From Eledone cirrhosa (taxonomy: Eukaryota): a stretch of DNA of 64,000 nucleotides. This document shows positions 43,216 to 56,899 of the stretch, piece by piece. Within the stretch, counting starts at the first letter, position 1, and the number at the start of each line of letters is the position of its first letter. The translations under genes and the position numbers were made by a program. The stretch lies in the NCBI GenBank assembly GCA_964016885.1, contig OZ024756.1, positions 43,586,001 to 43,650,000 of the forward strand, in the 5' to 3' direction. A model generated the notes under the pieces. The model was not told the origin of the DNA, made no database searches, and saw nothing but the letters and a program-made list of their open reading frames with translations.

Positions 43216-43794
43216 TATTCTCTACATTCCTTACATCAAACTAAAATATGTTGACAATCTTTTAATAATGTCTTCCTTGTGAAATTTGTGGTCTTGTTTT
43301 GCTTACGGCAAATTTGTGGTCTTGTTTTGCGCACGTGTGTGTGTGTGTATTTGTGTGTGCGTATGTATATGTATGTCCGTCGGCGCATACGTATATACTG
43401 GCCTAAATCTTCACTATTTACTTTTACTATTTTAATAACCTCTGTCATTTTTGTTTTCAATTTTATTTACATCATTCTTAAACTCCGGTGCTGCAAATCA
43501 TTCGGTTATTTTAAATAGAATATTAGTCTAACGACTCCATTTATACCATAAACTTGGTCTTGTCTTTGCATGAAATTGGTCTTATCGGTCCACATAACCA
43601 CGTATTATCTTCGCTTTTTTTTCGTTCGTTACCAGGGAACGTCTTCACGAACCAAAATATCGTCTTCCTGTTTTCCTTCGGTTGCAACATTTCTCGAAAT
43701 ATTTACTTCTGCGTTCACAGATTGAATTTTTTAGTTTCAGAAGATCCCGTTAATGTTGAAAGCAGCGATTCTTTGCTTAAACTTTAATCTGTTC

Positions 43795-43857
<63 letters not shown>

Positions 43858-44081
43858 GTGCGTCTTTTGTGTGTGTGTGCAAACATAAATATATATAACA
43901 TCCAGTCACAGTACGTCTTGTGTGAAAGAGAGAAAGAGACGTAATGTTGAGGAAAAGGGAGAGTTGAACAGTGTGTAAAGAATAGATAAATAAATAAAAG
44001 TTAAAGTTCCTCACTCTCTTTCTCAACCACTCTCTCCCTTTTTTCTCATACCCCCTTTCTCTTTCTCTCTCTCACTCATAC

Positions 44082-44116
<35 letters not shown>

Positions 44117-44171
44117 CTCTACAGAATGGAGAACAATAAAGAATGCGCAGATCTCTCTCTCTCTCTGCCTT

Positions 44172-44277
<106 letters not shown>

Positions 44278-44763
44278 CCAGCGTTCGGCGCCATTCACTC
44301 TCTCTATCTGAATATCTTGTACCTCTCTCTGTATAACAACCTATCTCACTCTCTCTCTCTCTACATCTCCCTTTCTCTCTTTATATATGTGTGTATATGT
44401 GTAGATTTCGTGCAACCAGCCAACCAATATTTATCTAGGGGCCGCCTTCACAAAAGCTTGAAACTTTTATGAGTTCAAAACACTCCTGGGAACATAACGC
44501 ATGTTTGTTCCAAATTGAAAGAAAATCGGTTGCAAACTGTAGAAGTTCTGTGGTACGGACATACACACACCACATCCTCAGTTTATTGCTACAGAACCCG
44601 CGGCTGAATTACCGGTCGCTGTCTTCAATTTGCAAAGCCCTTTAAACTGTATGTTATTACTCTGAGGTCCTATACCTTGTCGAGTGCTTGGCTGCACTGT
44701 TGAAGGCATTCGTCAGCTTAGCTGCGGCTCGAGCTTCGAATATACTGTACTTTCATTTGTATA

Positions 44764-45564
44764 TCTAATATATATCTGTGAAATGGGTGGTGGTTGAAAT
44801 TCAGATGTGCACGGTTAAATGGTTGTAGACGTGGTCGGACGGACATGAAAATTTACACACCTATGTAAAAAGTGCCAAGGAAGCAAATAGACGAGGTTTC
44901 AAATCTCTAACTTGAAAAATATGGTCCCTAGGGACCCCAAACAGTCTATTTACTATCGCGTTCGGTGAGTTATTTCCCCCTGTTCTAATACTTGGCTGAG
45001 TTATTTACAATTTCATACAAATTTTTAAACTCATCAACGTTCTTTCGCTGTTAACATACAGTACCAATAATTTGAAAAATATTATTGAAAGTTTATTATA
45101 AAGAAGCAGTTTCAGGAAAAAGTCTAAACTATCATACAAACCTTCATAATATGCATTTTTAAACTTGCATCGACATTGCTATTTCGCTGTTAATAAACTA
45201 TCATCCTTCTACATTTAACGATCTTACAGTACCGTTTTATGAAATCGATTCTGCAGTACGGTCACTGTTTTCCATCAAAAGAAATAAAACCCTTAAATTG
45301 CGAAGAAGGGATGCGTGTTTTTATTTTAATTCTAATACATGTTAACCACCACTAACAGTAAGTAGTATTTTTCAAATTGCATATCATCGACATTGCTATT
45401 TCGCTGTTAATAAACAACGCTTCTTATTGTACGCCGTCCAGCCCCAAGTGCATATTTCTATTTTTTTCCTGAAACTGCTTCTTTATAATAAACTTTCAAT
45501 AATATTTTTCAAATTATTAACTTAATAAAAGGTGGCCTCTGGTGCAACCGGGCTCAGCTGCTAG
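44764..45564 (+). mobile_element. Non-autonomous Helitron
   Basis: 5' end A|TCTAATATATA and 3' end ...GCAACCGGGCTCAGCTGCTAG|T. Contains an internal inverted segment (45066-45120 versus 45465-45518). Confidence 0.7.
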
Positions 45565-45627
45565 TATATATAGTAATAAGCAGCGATTCTTTCCTTAAAA
45601 TTTTGTATATATATATATATATATATA

Positions 45628-48150
45628 TAACGAAGGAAATGTGGTAAGGAACCAGGTGGACCATAACGCACCAAAGTACTCAATACTTGAGGTAGTAGAG
45701 TGGGTAATAGGAACCAGTAAGACCCCGACAGCTGAGCTCAAGCCGTTTCGACGGCTAATTCTGGACTAAATGAAAAATTTATCCTGGTATTTAAATAGCC
45801 GATCTTCTCAAGGGGTAATTCCATATATGGTCAAAGTGATTGTCAAAAATCAGTAGTAATTCTGTGGTTGCAAATTAGTAGGGGAGATGGTGGCTAAACC
45901 TGCCAGTAGGAGAAAGAGGGGAGGGGGTGGAGTAGCCCCAATCAAGCGTTTGTGGTGCCAGCTACAGCTGGGCATGAGGTCAAAGAAGATACAGGGGAGG
46001 GGGAGGGGGAGGAAGTCGGAACGGTAGGTAGAACAATGGGGGGTAGAAATATATAGGAAAGAAAAAATACTGAGAGTGAAGAAAAGCAAATAAGTGTAAA
46101 GAAAAACAAATGAGTGTAAAGAAAAAAGTAAAGTAAATTAAATTCTACGACCTAGGTCTCTAGCTATTGTTAGTCTAGAATAAATAAAGAAAGAAAGAAA
46201 GAAAGAAGTAAAGAAAGAAATAAAGAAATAACGAAATAAGTAAAAGAACTCGGTGGGACGGAATAGGCGAGGACCCTTTTAAGAGGTATAAGTACGTAAA
46301 TGATACGGTGACGGGTCAACAAAAGGGGCCAAAATACTAAAGAGACTACCACGAAATAAACAATAAAGGTTTCCATCCCGGGCACAATTCCAGCAACCAC
46401 CCAGTGCAGCAAAGTGAACTAATACGAGATAATAATTCTGAGTCCCGAGAAAAATATATACTAATGCTAACTCTAAAAGATCTAAAACAAGCTACATGAA
46501 AGTTCGTACGAAGTAAAAGTAGAATACAGAAGAATAAATTCAGAATCCACCCCGCCCAAAAGAAAAGCGAAGAAAGAAATACTGAAACGAAAAAATAAGG
46601 CATAAATGCCACTAAGAAATATAGAGGGCACAGAGAAAAGTGGGAGCGGTCGGAAAAAGGGGACAAGTATCCGGCGTCTAAACCAACTGCTATAAGGGGC
46701 GGAGTCCGCCAAATCTATCCTAGACTAGGGGAGGGGGTGGGGGTACAAAGGCTACAAGGGGCCAAAGGGCAGCCTCGGGTGGGCGAGAAAAGACGCCGAC
46801 AAAGGAAAAGAGCTGGGGTAGAAGGACTAAGGAGAGAGGGGGAAGGAAGGAAATAAAGGAAGCGATAAAAGAATACAAAGAAGATCTTACGTCTCCCTTG
46901 GCAAGCAGGGGTTACCCATTGCAAAATCGGCAAGTGGGGTGTTATAGCCCTAGTCTACCCCCCCCCCCCCGGGTCATTATGGGGTTTGAGGGCGAGGTAA
47001 GTCCTACGCAATCTATGTTTACATGCAGTAACCAGTTCATCTTTCTTGTTTAGGAGTTGGTCCGTCGAAAACAGCATTTGTAAAGTTTCCTCCGAGCATA
47101 AATTGCACGGACGGCGTCCTCCCGTGTAAGAATTGGCTCTGGACAGTAATCTCCAAGTGAGATCATAGGTGATGTTGTTGTCCTTGAGGTCCCATATGTG
47201 GCCCGAAAGTGTAGTGGCGTGACGCCGGGCCGGGTTTCGGAAGGTATGTCTATGTTGGTATAGCCGGGTCTTGAAGTCACATGCGGTAAGTCCTATATAG
47301 GCTTTGTTGGAGGTATCCGTCCTCACGTTGCACTGGTAGATCACATTACGGTCTCTGCATCTATTGTCGAGTGGGCAAATAGATCTATCCGGGCAGTTAC
47401 ACCTCCTGGTCGGTTCTCCACTGCTATTTAGGTTATTTCTGCCATCGGGGTTGAGTTTTTTGTTGTTAGAGGAGACGATGTTTTGTGCGAAGTTTGGTGT
47501 AGTGCTGTAAGAGAGTTTGATGGTATTTTTGTTAATTATGTTGTGGTAGCGGTGTTGTAATGGGAAGTGTTTTTCAATGAGCCTAAAGAATAGTTTCCCG
47601 ATGGGAGTTGTCACCTCTGCGTTGTGGGGAGGATTGAACCATGTTACATTGCGTGAGCGGCGGTGTCTCCTGCTGGTTCCGCTAATGGGAGCTGGACAGT
47701 AGGATATTTCCTCCCGGAAACCACTCCGCTTGAGGGCCTGGTTGTAATAAGGCGCATGTTCATCGAATATCCGCTCATTAGCTGACAAACGGGATATGCG
47801 GAGGGAAATGGTGCGGGTGAAATGAATTGGGCTTAGCGGAAAAGTCTGGATACGGCGTGGTAGGGTCGGAAAGTGCTCTACTACGTGGGTAGGAGCTAGA
47901 TAACGAAGGAAATGCGGTAAGGAACCAGGTGGACCATAACGCACCAAAGTACTCAATACTTGAGGTAGTAGAGTGGGTAATAGGAACCAGTAAGACCCCG
48001 ACAGCTGAGCTCAAGCCGTTTCAACGGCTAATTCTGGACTAAATGAAAAATTTATCCTGGTATTTAAATAGCCGATCTTCTCAAGGGGTAATTCCATATA
48101 TGGTCAAAGTGATTGTCAAAAATCAGTAGTAATTCTGTGGTTGCAAATTA
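45628..48150 (-). mobile_element. Penelope-like element, minus-strand arm (5'-truncated copy plus an upstream pLTR segment)
   Basis: ORF 46955-47810 matches the C-terminal part of the + copy. pLTR sequence recurs at 45628-45880 and 47900-48150. Ends in (TA)n. Confidence 0.9.
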
Positions 48151-49444
48151 CGCCAGGAAGACAGTCTTACTCTTTGACGACTCTAAATGGATAAAAAGAG
48201 CTCCCGACTCACCCTTCGACGTCAGCATGGGCGCCACGGATTCGGCGGAGGTCACAGATCTTATAGGATTATTCCTAATAGCCAAACTCACTGATATGTT
48301 TCCTGCATTCGGTGGTGGATTGTACCGTGATGATGGGCTCCTTACCCTTAAAGGGTACAACCCCAGTAGTACAGATCGGGTCCGGAAACAATTAATCAGA
48401 TTCTTCCGCGACTGGGGATTTAAAATAACCCTACAAACGTCCCTGACCAGAGTAAACTTCCTGGACGTGACCCTCGACCTCGAAAACGACCTGTACTACC
48501 CATACAGGAAACCTAATGACAATCTGCACTACATCCACCGCCGATCAAACCATCCTAGGAACATCACAAACAACCTGGTCAAAAACATCTCCCTCCGCAT
48601 ATCCCGTTTGTCAGCTAATGAGCGGATATTCGATGAACATGCGCCTTATTACAACCAGGCCCTCAAGCGGAGTGGTTTCCGGGAGGAAATATCCTACTGT
48701 CCAGCTCCCATTAGCGGAACCAGCAGGAGACACCGCCGCTCACGCAATGTAACATGGTTCAATCCTCCCCACAACGCAGAGGTGACAACTCCCATCGGGA
48801 AACTATTCTTTAGGCTCATTGAAAAACACTTCCCATTACAACACCGCTACCACAACATAATTAACAAAAATACCATCAAACTCTCTTACAGCACTACACC
48901 AAACTTCGCACAAAACATCGTCTCCTCTAACAACAAAAAACTCAACCCCGATGGCAGAAATAACCTAAATAGCAGTGGAGAACCGACCAGGAGGTGTAAC
49001 TGCCCGGATAGATCTATTTGCCCACTCGACAATAGATGCAGAGACCGTAATGTGATCTACCAGTGCAACGTGAGGACGGATACCTCCAACAAAGCCTATA
49101 TAGGACTTACCGCATGTGACTTCAAGACCCGGCTATACCAACATAGACATACCTTCCGAAACCCGGCCCGGCGTCACGCCACTACACTTTCGGGCCACAT
49201 ATGGGACCTCAAGGACAACAACATCACCTATGATCTCACTTGGAGATTACTGTCCAGAGCCAATTCTTACACGGGAGGACGCCGTCCGTGCAATTTATGC
49301 TCGGAGGAAACTTTACAAATGCTGTTTTCGACGGACCAACTCCTAAACAAGAAAGATGAACTGGTTACTGCATGTAAACATAGATTGCGTAGGACTTACC
49401 TCGCCCTCAAACCCCATAATGACCCGGGGGGGGGGGGGGGGTAG
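48150..49444 (+). CDS. Penelope RT C-terminal half plus GIY-YIG endonuclease (5'-truncated)
   Basis: FDVSMG, GLYRDDGL, VNFLDVTLDL, YRKP, WFNPP, CNC..CPL..C, NVIYQC...AYIGLT and CNLC motifs. Confidence 0.9.
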
Positions 49445-50570
49445 ACTAGGGCTATAACACCCCACTTGCCGATTTTGCAATGGGTAACCCCTGCTTGCCA
49501 AGGGAGACGTAAGATCTTCTTTGTATTCTTTTATCGCTTCCTTCCCCCCTCTCTCCTTAGTTCTTCTACCCCAGCTCTTTTCCTTTGTCGGCGTCTTTTC
49601 TCGCCCACCCGAGGCTGCCCTTTGGCCCCTTGTAGCCTTTGTACCCCCACCCCCTCCCCTAGTCTAGGATAGATTTGGCGGACTCCGCCCCTTATAGCAG
49701 TTGGTTTAGACCCCGGATACTTGTCCCCTTTTTCCGACCGCTCCCACTTTTCTCTGTGCCCTCTATATTTCTTAGTGGCACTTATGCCTTATTTTTTCGT
49801 TTCAGTATTTCTTTCTTCGCTTTTCTTTTGGGCGGGGTGGATTCTGAATTTATTCTTCCGTATTCTACCTTTACTTCGTACGAACTTTCATGTAGCTTGT
49901 TTTAGATCTTTTAGAGTTAGCATTAGTATATATTTTTCTCGGGACTCAGAATTATTATCTCGTATTAGTTCACTTTGCTGCACTGGGTGGTTGCTGGAAT
50001 TGTGCCCGGGATGGAAACCTTTATTGATTATTTCGTGGTAGTCTCTTTAGTATTTTGGCCCCTTTTGTTGACCCGTCACCGTATCATTTACGTACTTATA
50101 CCTCTTAAAAGGGTCCTCGCTTATTCCGTCCCACCGAGTTCTTTTACTTATTTCGTTATTTCTTTATTTATTTCTTTACTTCTTTCTTTCTTTCTTTCTT
50201 TATTTATTCTAGACTAACAATAGCTAGAGACCTAGGTCGTAGAATTTAATTTACTTTACTTTTTTCTTTACACTCATTTGTTTTTCTTTACACTTATTTG
50301 CTTTTCTTCACTCTCAGTATTTTTTCTTTCCTATATATTTCTACCCCCCATTGTTCTACCTACCGTTCCGACTTCCTCCCCCTCCCCCTCCCCTGTATCT
50401 TCTTTGACCTCATGCCCAGCTGTAGCTGGCACCACAAACGCTTGATTGGGGCTACTCCACCCCCTCCCCTCTTTCTCCTACTGGCAGGTTTAGCCACCAT
50501 CTCCCCTACTAATTTGCAACTACAGAATTACTACTGATTTTTGACAATCACTTTGACCATATATGGAATT

Positions 50571-50665
50571 ACCCCTTGAGAAGATCGGCTATTTAAATAC
50601 CAGGATAAATTTTTCATTTAGTCCAGAATTAGCCGTCGAAACGGCTTGAGCTCAGCTGTCGGGGT
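50571..50665 (+). ncRNA. Hammerhead ribozyme with U3-A8 core covariation (minus-strand copies at 45722-45816 and 47995-48089)
   Basis: ACCCC-TTGAGAA-GA(T)CGGCTA...TAGCCGTC-GAA-ACGGCT-TGAGCTC-AGCTGT-C^GGGGT. All three stems pair. Confidence 0.75.
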
Positions 50666-50675
50666 CTTACTGGTT

Positions 50676-50744
<69 letters not shown>

Positions 50745-50823
50745 ATATGTGTGTGTATATGTATATATGTGTATATATATATATAAGTATATATGTATAT
50801 ATATATATATATAAGTATATATG

Positions 50824-50950
<127 letters not shown>

Positions 50951-52675
50951 CGAAGATAATACGTCAGCAATGACGTGTTCGTCAGAATGTCGTTATGCAG
51001 ACAGCCAGACATATATTATAAGGACTCAACGAAGATCGATAACCGGCGCCTAACACCCCTTTAACAACAGAAAATTGAAAAATAAAAGTTGCAGTTAATA
51101 TCTTTAGACCACAAGGAATATATAAATGCAAGTTTGAAGTCAATCGGAGTAGAAATGTGGATTTGTATAGACTTTGCAAAAATGAGGACACACACAGACA
51201 ACAACAGTTTTATATATATAGATATATATACATCCCATTGAAAAGAAGATCAAAGTCCGTTAAAACGTATAATTATATTATATTTTAATTAACGTTTCTT
51301 CCATCTCATAAAACATATAATTAATTATTAGTTAATTAATTAAATGAACAAATGGTTGGATTCATCAGAATTAATAAAAAAAATACAGGAAACATTTTTC
51401 CCTCTTTGATTCATACAACGAGTTGATACAAGTAGAATTGTATGTAGCCTTCTGAATAGTTTACTGTAATAAATCTCATATCAGTGTTATATTTTCTGAT
51501 GACCCTGTGAGAAGGAAGCGAAACTGCAGAGTATCAAGTCTCACAATTAAGCCTTTATAAAATGAATATTTGAAGTCTACTGTGGTATTGACTACTCTTT
51601 TTCTCTCAGTCGGCAACTACTTATAGAAAATATATACATTGTATTATTGAGAAATATATGCCAAATATTATTACAATACAAAGGTATATGTGAAATTTTA
51701 TTATGATTGAAAAATATATATGAAAATATATTTTGAAAGATATATAAAGAATTTTATTTAATTGAAAGATATATACGGAATTATATTTAATTGGAAAGAT
51801 ATATATGAAAATATATTTTGAAAGATATATACCAATTTTATTATAAAATTTGGCAACAGAACTTACAATCAAAAAGGCTCAGAGTCAACTGGGGAAAACT
51901 AAAGTTTTAGTAAGTAGAGGGAAGTGGCTGTGCTCAATATGTAGAAAGGGAATTGATAGAAACTCTATACGATGTACACAATTTAAATCTTAGGTACACA
52001 ACATATGTAGTGGGTGGGCAGACAAATTCTAACATTTCTTGTTTGTCCTTAAACTGACTGTGGTCTTTTATTTATTGTATGTCCTCAAACAGTCTCTTTA
52101 TTCTATCCTCTGTTACAGGAGCTCAAAATGTTAGCTTGTTCTGTCCTTTTTTTACAGGTCCTGAAACTGTTAGCTTCATCTGTCCTTTATTACAGGTCCT
52201 GAAACTGTTAGCTTGTTCTGTCCTTTGTTACAGGTTCTGAAACTTAGCTTGTTCTGTCCTTTTTTTACAGGTCCTCAAAATGTCTTTGTGCATTGCAACG
52301 TTTAGTCTAAGAGAAAATATCTGCAGTCAGAAGAGCTATCTTTGTGTTTTAATACAACCTTGTTTTGTGTATTAATTGGTTCATGTGGATAGTTTCCCTC
52401 TGTATGGTAATTAAAGAACTGTTGTTGCTGTTGTTGTTGGTAGTGGTGTTGTAGTTGACATTAATGGTGGTGGTGGTGGTGTTGTTGTTGTTGGTAGTGG
52501 TGTTGTAGTTGACAGTATTGGTGGTGGTGTTGTTGTTGTTGGTAGTGGTGTTGTAGTTGACATTAATGGTGGTGGTGTTGCTGTCGTTGATAGTGTGGTA
52601 GTCAACAGTAATGGTGGTGGTGGTGGTGTTGTAGATTTTGTTGTTGTTGTTACCACTGTTGTTCCTGTATGGGTT

Positions 52676-52697
52676 TTATCTCAATTGATGCTCAACC
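52676..52697 (-). CDS. IgSF paralog 2, terminal coding exon (VEHQLR*)
   Basis: Same acceptor and sequence as 18770-18791. Confidence 0.55.
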
Positions 52698-52806
52698 CTG
52701 TTGGAAAATAAGCAAAACAGTTGTCAAATATGTTGTCTCTACTGCCACACACTGTAATAAACAACCTTTAATTTAGTCTCTCTCTCTCTGTATATGTATG
52801 TATATA

Positions 52807-52840
<34 letters not shown>

Positions 52841-53602
52841 GGTCCGTCCAAACCCATGCAAGCATGGAGATGGACATTAAACAATGATGATGATGATGAT
52901 GATGATGATGATATATGAAAGCATGGAAAAGTCCTCGTAAAAATATTGATGGTGAATTCATAGCTTTACTCAAATTCATGGTGCTAATAGTTTCATAGAC
53001 TGAGCTGTTTTTACATACACACCTTCTATGAATATTTAACATGTGGAGGTTATAACACTTTCCTTTGGCTGAATAGCATCTGGATGTTAAGACACCTTCA
53101 CTGGGCTGAATAAGCTCTTGATGTAAAGACACCTTCACTGGGCTAAATAAATTCTGGATGTTAAAACACCTGCCAAGGGCTGGATATCACATGGATGTTA
53201 AGTTTTCAAAAGAGAAGACTGTGCTGGTATGGACATGTGATATGTATACCATTGGGTGAAAAAGTGCCAAGAAATCCCAGTCGAAGAAAGCTACAGTAAA
53301 GGTCAACTAAGGACAACCTAAACAGAGGTGATGAGAGCTAATGACAATTGAAGAGAAAAATAAAACATACGGTAAGACATGTTTTTAAGGGAACAACTTA
53401 AAACAAGAAGTTAAAATTAACGAAATTATTTAAGACTAGTGGTTTTAATTATATTTTCTTGTTTTAATGTTCTATATCATGTGGTAAGGGGGTAACTAAA
53501 TAATAATCAGGAAGGGCATCTGGATGTAAAACATTGTCACAAAACATCACATACAAAAAATGATAGATGGAAAAGTGAACATAAAAACGATAATGTACTT
53601 AC

Positions 53603-53628
53603 ATTTCCTTCTCTTCACAACAAGACTT
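53603..53628 (-). CDS. Duplicated alternative cytoplasmic micro-exon (KSCCEEKE-M)
   Basis: TTAATTAG|AAGTCTTGTTGTGAAGAGAAGGAAAT|GTAAGT: 26 nt, same phases as the 23-nt micro-exon. Confidence 0.45.
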
Positions 53629-53728
53629 CTAATTAAAAAACTGTAGTTATATTTATATTAAATTTATCTGAAATCATTACAGCTTGTTAGAGAAAAATAT
53701 TTAAATCTGAAAGTTGTGTATTACTAAC

Positions 53729-53833
53729 CTGTTGACTCCTTTAACTGGTAAATAACAAAGAACTAAATAAAAAAAAAGACAAGTACGTTAAATGCGATAA
53801 CTCCAAGGTTGATACCAGCAATAGTTCCACCAC
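53729..53833 (-). pseudogene. Diverged duplicate TM pseudo-exon with an in-frame stop
   Basis: CCAG|GGTIAGINLGVIAFNVLVFFFI*FFVIYQLKEST|GTTAGT. Confidence 0.7.
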
Positions 53834-53932
53834 CTGGAATGTAAAACATCTGGATGTAAAACATTGTCACAAAACATCACACACAAACACTGATAGATGG
53901 AAAAGTGAACATAAAAACGATAATGTACTTAC

Positions 53933-53955
53933 ACTTCCTTCTCTTCACAAGACTT
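53933..53955 (-). CDS. IgSF paralog 2, 23-nt cytoplasmic micro-exon
   Basis: Identical to 20954-20976. Confidence 0.6.
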
Positions 53956-54021
53956 CTAATTAAAAACCTGTAGTTATATTTACATTAAATCCTTAAATAT
54001 ACTAAGTTGTATATCACTAAC

Positions 54022-54134
54022 CTTTTGTATCAGATTTTTGCGAATTACAAAGAAACAAATTAAAAAAATAAAAAGTATGAAAAATGTGATAATTCCAAGG
54101 ATGATAGCAGCAATAGTTCCACCATCTAATCCAC
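54022..54134 (-). CDS. IgSF paralog 2, transmembrane exon
   Basis: (S)GLDGGTIAAIILGIITFFILFIFLICFFVIRKNLIQK with canonical splice sites. Confidence 0.85.
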
Positions 54135-55370
54135 CTGTTATCAAGATAGAAAACAGCAGCAATAAGTATTGTTTCTAATATAGCCACATGATTTCAAATT
54201 TGGTGGGGTTATAGTTGATTATATGAACCCCAGTATTTCACTGGTACTTTATTTTATCAATCCCAGAAAGGTGAAAGACCAAGTTGTCGTCAACAGGATT
54301 TAAACTCAGAAAGTATAGAAGCAGGACAAATACCACAAAGCATTTTGTCCAACGTTCTAACAACAGTAATAATAATAATTTCTAACAATTTAAACAATTC
54401 TTGATACAAGGCCAACAATATAGAGGAAGAGGAAAGTCTATTTTATACCCCAATATTTATCTGGTACTTTATTTTATTAATCACAGCTTTGACACTAAGC
54501 ACATCTCATCTATAATCACTGGACAGGTTTTACGGGGGCAAAACTAAATGGAAAGTGACCCAAGTGTAGACACCTAGCAAGATGTTTGGATAACATCCAT
54601 GAGCTCGGCTGGTCTCACTTGGAGATCCAGCCAAATCAGTTGGAGATACAGTGTGTGCTGGGTATTTTTTGTTGCGACACCTACATGACTAATTTACAGT
54701 GTGGAATGGGTACTTTTGTTCGTTGCTCCTACACGACCACTTTACAGTGTGTGCTGGAAGCTTTTTGTTGTGACACCTACACGACCACTTTACAGTGTGG
54801 GCTGAGAGATTTTGTCAGGACACCTACATGACCACTTTGTAGTGTGGGCTGAGAGATTTTGTCGGGACACCTACACAACTACTTTACAGTGTGGGCTGGG
54901 TGCCTTTTACTAGGCACCAAAACACTCAACTGACAGTTTAGACTGGGCACGTTTTGTTGTGACACCTATACGACATCTTTACAGCGTGGACCTGCTGCCT
55001 TTTATTATGTGTCACACTTGACCATTTTACAGGGTGGACTTGGTAGGATTCTTCATGTCATCAACACTACAATTTTAGAGGGTGGACTGGTTGGTTTTCT
55101 TCATGTCACCAGCATTACCACCGTACAGTGTGGTCTGGGTGTTTGGGTGATTTTTGTCAGGTGCAGCTTAGAGCATGTCCAGCTTTCCATGCTTGAGGCA
55201 TGGGTTCAACAAGAGAGATGTGTTCAAACATATACATATTCCCACATGGAAACATACAAACATGCTTATATACACACATGTATGTATTGATAGAGGCAGA
55301 CATGTATTTAAAAATATGGAATCCCACTCATGAATACATGCACACACAGGTAGATATAGTGATGCAGTGA

Positions 55371-56321
55371 TACCGATGTCCTGTAATCAAGCACCGAAAC
55401 ATCGGTCTGGGAAACCTTTACAGCTGACGATGGAAACTCCTTTCTTCCTTTATCCTCCTGTTCCGTCCTAACCACCATCCTAAACCTTGTTTTTAGTAAC
55501 CACACAGCTCCTTTTGTTTCATAACTTTTTGTATTTACCACTGTGACCCTACCTGCTTTGGTCGATCTGTGTACCCTCCACACTTTCGCATCGACCCTCC
55601 CTTCTCTCTTCCCTTCTCCTCGTCACTCTCGTTTTTTTCTATCTCCCTCTCTCTATCCATCCGTTCGGTTTTGATTGTTGACATGTTTACACGTGCCGAG
55701 GTGGCCTCTCTGTCCGCAATCTTTGTGGCACGTTTTTACCACCGTCGTAAAAAACCCTTCTGGAATATCTCCCTTTCCCTTCTCCTCCTCACTTTTGGTT
55801 GCTCGTGTCTCTCTCTCTCTCTCTCTCACTTTCTCCTGTCTATGTGAGAGGCAGCACAGTTATACCAGCTGAGTCGTAGCTGACCACAGGCTAAAGTCTC
55901 CCAGGCTGGCCACAACTTACTTTCCTTATTTTTCTATGGTTACTTTTTAGCATGTTTCATTCACCCGTGTCTTCCCACGATGGGACCTGTCCACTTTTTT
56001 TTCTCCTATTGCTTTCCTATTTTTTCCCCTTCTTCCTCTCTCCTCATCTTCTCCCCCTGTTCTTCCTCCTTTCCCTCTCTTTCCTTTTCTCTCTCCTTTT
56101 TTCTCCCTCTTTTTTTCTCTCTTTCTCTCTTAATAAAAGGCATCGGGCGCTCCCGAGCAACACCGATATCCTGTAATCAAGCACCGAAACATTGGTCCGA
56201 GAAACATTTACAGCTGACGATGGAAACTCCTTTCTTCCTTTCTCCTCCTGTTCCGTCCTAACCACCGTCCTAAACCTTGTTTTTAGTAACCACACAGCTC
56301 CTTTCGTTTCATAAACTTTTG
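55371..56321 (+). mobile_element. Non-coding insertion with ~160-bp terminal direct repeats (partial tandem, Penelope/retrozyme-like)
   Basis: 55372-55530 matches 56162-56320 (period ~790). Ends in (TA)n. Absent from paralog 1. Confidence 0.55.
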
Positions 56322-56390
56322 TATATATATATATATATATATATGTATATACACAGAAATGTAATACATAAAAGAAAATAATTTGCTCAC

Positions 56391-56705
56391 TTTTATCTGT
56401 AAGGAAGACTTCAAAGTCAAGTTTCATATTCAATACTAAACAGGTGATGGTTATATTGGGGTAGTCTTCAATTGTTACGTTGTAGTCAAACTGTGACTCT
56501 AATGAAACATAACATTTGTTAATTTTTGGAACATTCACATATTTTAGACTGACTGTTGCTTCGTTACTTCCACGTGTTACACTCCATATAAACAGGACAT
56601 ACTCTTCAGAATTTGGGACAAAATCTAAATGACATCTGAAGGTAGATATCTGGTTAATTTTGTGGTTCTTAGTGTCAGACGTCAGATCTTTCATATAAGA
56701 TTTAG
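56391..56705 (-). CDS. IgSF paralog 2, Ig-like domain 2 exon (315 nt, phase 1-1)
   Basis: CAG|...|GTGAGC, open frame, about 82% amino-acid identity to paralog 1. Confidence 0.85.
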
Positions 56706-56899
56706 CTGAAAATATAAAATGTAAATCTTAGTAAAATAAATAATGAAATGAAACCTTGGCTGCTTTCATTGATACAAACAACTAAAATGTTGAATGTGGA
56801 GGTTGCATCTGATAGGACACTCTGGAAGGCATGTGTGAGGACTCTGCCCTAACAATACTCTCATGTTGAGGAAGAGAAGAATATCACCCAAATATTTTG

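Larger units (their letters stand above)
48150..50677 (+). mobile_element. Penelope-like element, plus-strand arm (5'-truncated within RT; possibly Naiad-like clade)
   Basis: Uninterrupted RT C-half plus GIY-YIG ORF, long 3' UTR/pLTR containing a hammerhead, ending in (TA)n. Confidence 0.9.

Noticed and set aside
49466-50537. Several hydrophobic ORFs downstream of the Penelope ORF (mirrored at 45850-46933)
   Set aside because: This is the T-rich 3' UTR/pLTR of the element, duplicated by the inversion, with no coding signature.
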